In this document: positions 60,601 to 64,000 of the stretch, piece after piece
Position numbering within the stretch: position 1 is the first letter of the stretch
How the letters are laid out: each line of letters starts with the position of its first letter
NCBI GenBank assembly: GCA_964491035.1
Contig: CAZBIR010000003.1
Span: forward strand, 1,940 to 65,939
DNA length: 64,000 nt
Source: an uncultured Sulfuricurvum sp.
GTDB taxonomy: Bacteria > Campylobacterota > Campylobacteria > Campylobacterales > Sulfurimonadaceae
Reading direction: 5' to 3'
Notes under the pieces: generated by a model
Seen by the model: the letters and a program-made list of their open reading frames with translations, nothing else
What the model was told of the DNA's origin: nothing
The model's database searches: none
Program-made: the position numbers and the translations under genes

Positions 60601-61530
60601 ATGAACGTTATGAAACGCCATACCCCTCTTTTTTCGGTTCTGATGGTCTGGTTCGCCCTGGTACTGGGGGGATGCGACAACACTCCCAAAACGGTGTACG
60701 AACCCCGTTACGCTTCCGTACCGGCGATCGAGAGCAGCACCTATGTATTCGGGGTCCATCCGCTCCACAATCCCCAGCGGCTGTTCGAAGTGTATCAGCC
60801 TCTAATCGATTACCTCAACGCGCGCCTTTCCCATGGCAAAATCGTACTGGAAGCGTCGCGCAACTACGATGAATACGACAAAAAACTCTTTTCGGGCCAT
60901 TTTGATTTTGCCCTTCCCAACCCCTACCAGACGGTCAAGTCGACCGAACACGGCTACCGGATTTTCGGGAAGATGGGGGATGACCACAATTTCCGGGGGA
61001 TCATCCTCGTACGCCGGGACGCCGGAATCGAGGAGGTGGCCGATCTGAGGGGCAAAAGCGTCAGTTATCCCGCCCCCACCGCCCTCGCCGCAACGATGAT
61101 GCCGCAACGTTTTTTGCATGATCGGGGGATCGACGTCAACCGCGACATTAAAAATCTCTACGTCGGTTCGCAGGAGTCGTCGATCATGAACGTCTACCTC
61201 AAAAAATCGGCCGCCGCGTCGACGTGGCCGCCGCCGTGGATCGCATTTGCCAAAGAGCGCCCCGAGATCGCCCGGGAACTCAAGGTGATGTGGGAAACCT
61301 CTTCCCTCCCCAACAACGGCCTCGTCGTCAAAAAAGAGATCGATCCCAAACTGGTCGAAGAGGTTGCGCAACTCCTCTTTTCCCTCCACCAGAGCCCCGA
61401 AGGGCGTACGATTCTCAGGGCGATGGAGCTGAGCCGTTTTGAAAAGGCCGACGACAAGAAGTACGAACCGGTCGTGAAATTTCTCGCCGATTTTGAAAAA
61501 GAGGTCCGGCCGATCAGGATTGAGCCATGA
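60601..61530 (+). CDS. PhnD-family (phosphate/phosphonate-type) substrate-binding lipoprotein
   Basis: Lipobox [35 protein letters not shown]. Confidence 0.82.
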   Translation: MNVMKRHTPLFSVLMVWFALVLGGCDNTPKTVYEPRYASVPAIESSTYVFGVHPLHNPQRLFEVYQPLIDYLNARLSHGKIVLEASRNYDEYDKKLFSGHFDFALPNPYQTVKSTEHGYRIFGKMGDDHNFRGIILVRRDAGIEEVADLRGKSVSYPAPTALAATMMPQRFLHDRGIDVNRDIKNLYVGSQESSIMNVYLKKSAAASTWPPPWIAFAKERPEIARELKVMWETSSLPNNGLVVKKEIDPKLVEEVAQLLFSLHQSPEGRTILRAMELSRFEKADDKKYEPVVKFLADFEKEVRPIRIEP

Positions 61531-63836
61531 AAAATGCCCTCGTCCGCTTCTGGAACCGCAGTATCAAGCGCCAGCTGATCTTTGGGATCAGCTTCATTAT
61601 CCTGGTTTCACTCTTTTTGATGTCGTACAACATTCTCGTCAAAGAGAGCAGTTTTCTCCACGATGCAGGGGAGAACCAGGCCAAGAACCGGACCAACCTC
61701 CTCGCCCACGGCAGTGCGGTGTGGGTTATGGCCAACGACTATATCGGGCTGCAGGAGGTGATCGACTCGGTCAGCCTCTATGACGATCAGATCTACGCGA
61801 TGGCGGTGGACCCCAGCGGCAAAGTGCTCGCCCATACCGACAAGAGCAAAGTGGGGCAGTACCTCGTCGATCCCCTCAGCGTCGAGCATCTCAAAAGCCA
61901 GACCCGCGAGTTTCGAATCTTCAGCCATGATACGAGTTACCCCGACCATTTCATCGAGGTGGCCTCCCCGATCCTCTATAAAAATCAGCTGCTGGGATAC
62001 GTCCGGACCCGGATCGACCACAGCTACTGGACCCATTCGCTGGAGATGATGAAGCACGAGATCTATCTCTCGACGCTGCTGGCGATGATTCTGGCCCTCA
62101 TTTTTGCCTATCTGAGCGCGAACACCCTGACCGGAAACCTCTACAACCTGATCGAGGTGACCCGCAGAGTCCGCCGGGGCGAACGCCAGGTTCGGGCGGA
62201 TGAGCGGGGGGTCGAGGAGATCTGCACGCTCGCGCGCGAGTTCAATACGATGCTCGACGTGCAGGAGCGCAACGAAAACGAGATACGCAAAACCCAGCAG
62301 GAACTCGAAGCCGACATCGCCCGGCGGATCGAAGCGGAACAGACGATCAGCGAACTCAACCGCAACCTCGAAACGACGGTCCGGGAACGGACGAAAGAGC
62401 TGATCATCGAAAAAGAGAAAGCCGAATCGGCCAACCGGGCCAAGAGCGCTTTCCTGGCCAACATGAGCCACGAGCTGCGCACCCCGCTCAACGCAATTTT
62501 GGGTTTCTCCCAGCTTTTGGGCAACGACAAGAAGATCACCCCTGAACAAAAAGAGCGGCTCAACATCATCAATTACAGCGGAGAACATCTCCTCCGTCTG
62601 ATCAACGATATCCTCGATATGTCCAAAATCGAGGCCGGCAAAATGGAACTCGAAGAGAGCAAGTTCGATCTTCTGTCGATGATTCAGGAGATTTCGGAGA
62701 TGATGAAATACAAGGCGCACCAAAAAGAGCTCCATTTCCTGCTCGATATCCACAGCGATTTTCTCCGCTACGTCCGCTCCGACGCGTCGAAAATCCGTCA
62801 GATTCTGATCAACCTGCTCAGCAACGCGATCAAGTACACCGATGCCGGCGGGGTGTCGCTGCGGCTGCGCAGTTTTCCGATTCCCGAAACGGAGCGCTTT
62901 AGCGTGACGTTCGAGATCGAAGACAGCGGCCGGGGGATGAGCCCCGAAGAGCTCAAATCGGTTTTCGAGCCGTTCGTGCAGGTGCAAAGCGCGAGAGGGG
63001 TCAACGAAGGGACGGGACTGGGGCTGAGCATCACCTACAAGTTCCTCGAAATGCTCGGGGCCAGGGTCGACGTCAAAAGCGAGGTGGGGGTAGGGACGAT
63101 CTTCACGTTTGCCCTCGAACTCGAAGGGGTCGGGGCCGAGGAGATCGAGACCCAAGAGAAGCCCAAGCGGGTACTGGGGATCGCGCGAAGCCCCAGAAAA
63201 TACACCCTTTTGATCGTGGAGGATCAAAAGGAGAACATGCTGCTCCTTAAAAACCTCCTCCTTGAAGCGGGGTTTGCCGTCCACCAGGCGACCAACGGCC
63301 TGGAAGCGGTCGAGAAATTCCGCCAGTTCGGGGCCGATTTCATCTGGATGGATATGCGGATGCCGGTCATGGACGGCTACGAGGCGACCCGGACGATCCG
63401 TTCTCTCGAAGCGGGCAAGACGGTTCCGATCGTCGCCCTCACCGCCAGCGCGTTCAAAGACCAGTTCCACGAGATCATCGAAGCGGGGTGCGACGCGCTC
63501 GTGCACAAACCTTATAAACAGGCCGAGATTTTCGAGACGATGAAGCGGTATCTGGATATCGACTACCTCTACGAGGAAAACGCGCAGGAGGAGGCCCCGG
63601 CGGTCGTTTGCAACAGCGCCGACCTGCAGCGGATCCGCACCTTTCCCGAGACGGTCCTCGCCCCGCTGCATAAAGCGCTGATTGAGCTCGATTCGGATCG
63701 AATCGCCGAATCGATCGAAACCATCCGAAAAGACGATCCCGAGCTTGCCGCGCAGATGGCCAGCCTGGTGCAAAACTACCAGTACGACCGGATTTTGGAG
63801 ATACTGGAGCAGGAAGGCGAACATGGCGGAGAATGA
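61527..63836 (+). CDS. Hybrid sensor histidine kinase (TM, periplasmic domain, TM, HAMP, HisKA, HATPase, REC)
   Basis: [45 protein letters not shown]. Confidence 0.93.
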   Translation: MKNALVRFWNRSIKRQLIFGISFIILVSLFLMSYNILVKESSFLHDAGENQAKNRTNLLAHGSAVWVMANDYIGLQEVIDSVSLYDDQIYAMAVDPSGKVLAHTDKSKVGQYLVDPLSVEHLKSQTREFRIFSHDTSYPDHFIEVASPILYKNQLLGYVRTRIDHSYWTHSLEMMKHEIYLSTLLAMILALIFAYLSANTLTGNLYNLIEVTRRVRRGERQVRADERGVEEICTLAREFNTMLDVQERNENEIRKTQQELEADIARRIEAEQTISELNRNLETTVRERTKELIIEKEKAESANRAKSAFLANMSHELRTPLNAILGFSQLLGNDKKITPEQKERLNIINYSGEHLLRLINDILDMSKIEAGKMELEESKFDLLSMIQEISEMMKYKAHQKELHFLLDIHSDFLRYVRSDASKIRQILINLLSNAIKYTDAGGVSLRLRSFPIPETERFSVTFEIEDSGRGMSPEELKSVFEPFVQVQSARGVNEGTGLGLSITYKFLEMLGARVDVKSEVGVGTIFTFALELEGVGAEEIETQEKPKRVLGIARSPRKYTLLIVEDQKENMLLLKNLLLEAGFAVHQATNGLEAVEKFRQFGADFIWMDMRMPVMDGYEATRTIRSLEAGKTVPIVALTASAFKDQFHEIIEAGCDALVHKPYKQAEIFETMKRYLDIDYLYEENAQEEAPAVVCNSADLQRIRTFPETVLAPLHKALIELDSDRIAESIETIRKDDPELAAQMASLVQNYQYDRILEILEQEGEHGGE

Positions 63837-64000
63837 CGGCATCATCGACGTCCTCGTCGTGGACGATACCCCGGCGAACCTCAAGCTCCTCACCTCCATT
63901 CTCAGCGCCGACGGCTACGGGGTCCGTGCGGCGCCCAACGGCGATCTGGCGCTGCGCTCGGTACAGGCCCGGCTCCCCGATATCGTGCTGCTGGACATCA
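63823..64000 (+). CDS. Response-regulator receiver protein (5' part, runs off the window)
   Basis: [23 protein letters not shown]...PDIVLLDI; overlaps the kinase 3' end. Confidence 0.85.
   Translation, partial: MAENDGIIDVLVVDDTPANLKLLTSILSADGYGVRAAPNGDLALRSVQARLPDIVLLDI

Noticed and set aside
61608..63899. 763-aa ORF antisense to the hybrid kinase (and similar shadows over hslU, argG, dapE, fabD and the porin)
   Set aside because: Antisense shadows expected from GC-rich codon usage; the sense genes are well supported

Overview
Core-genome window from a Campylobacterota (Epsilonproteobacteria) chromosome. Gene content and order suggest a Sulfuricurvum/Sulfurimonas-like organism; this is inference, not a database result. 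No rRNA, tRNA, CRISPR array or mobile element was recognised. In order: yceI-like gene, GNAT-valS, fliW-UvrD-like helicase; a ~17 kb minus-strand run (argG, ferredoxin-thioredoxin-reductase/rhodanese fusion, rplI, hslVU, era, two peptidoglycan-trimming peptidases, a cts/MSHA-like pilus/T2SS cluster); flaG-fliS without fliD; MFS/MATE transporters; a stand-alone Aer-type PAS protein; a stripped-down MutS7-like ATPase; dapE; an amidohydrolase-GNAT pair; rplU-rpmA-obgE-proB-fmt-birA-parAB-atp-tol-pal-slyD-fabD-mtnN-ttcA; mutY; yigZ; lemA; and a cytochrome c'-porin-PhnD-hybrid kinase-response regulator operon that runs off the window end. Best candidates for novelty: (1) the MutS7-derived protein with intact ATPase motifs but no mismatch-binding domain and an eroded HNH; (2) the FTR catalytic subunit-rhodanese fusion; (3) the cytochrome c'/porin/PhnD/two-component operon; (4) a degenerate enhancer-binding/Fis-like protein between slyD and fabD. 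Smaller items include a 55-aa membrane ORF missed by the ORF track, three candidate leaderless mRNAs and competing hairpins over the helicase ribosome-binding site. Product calls come from motif recognition by eye; no searches were run.
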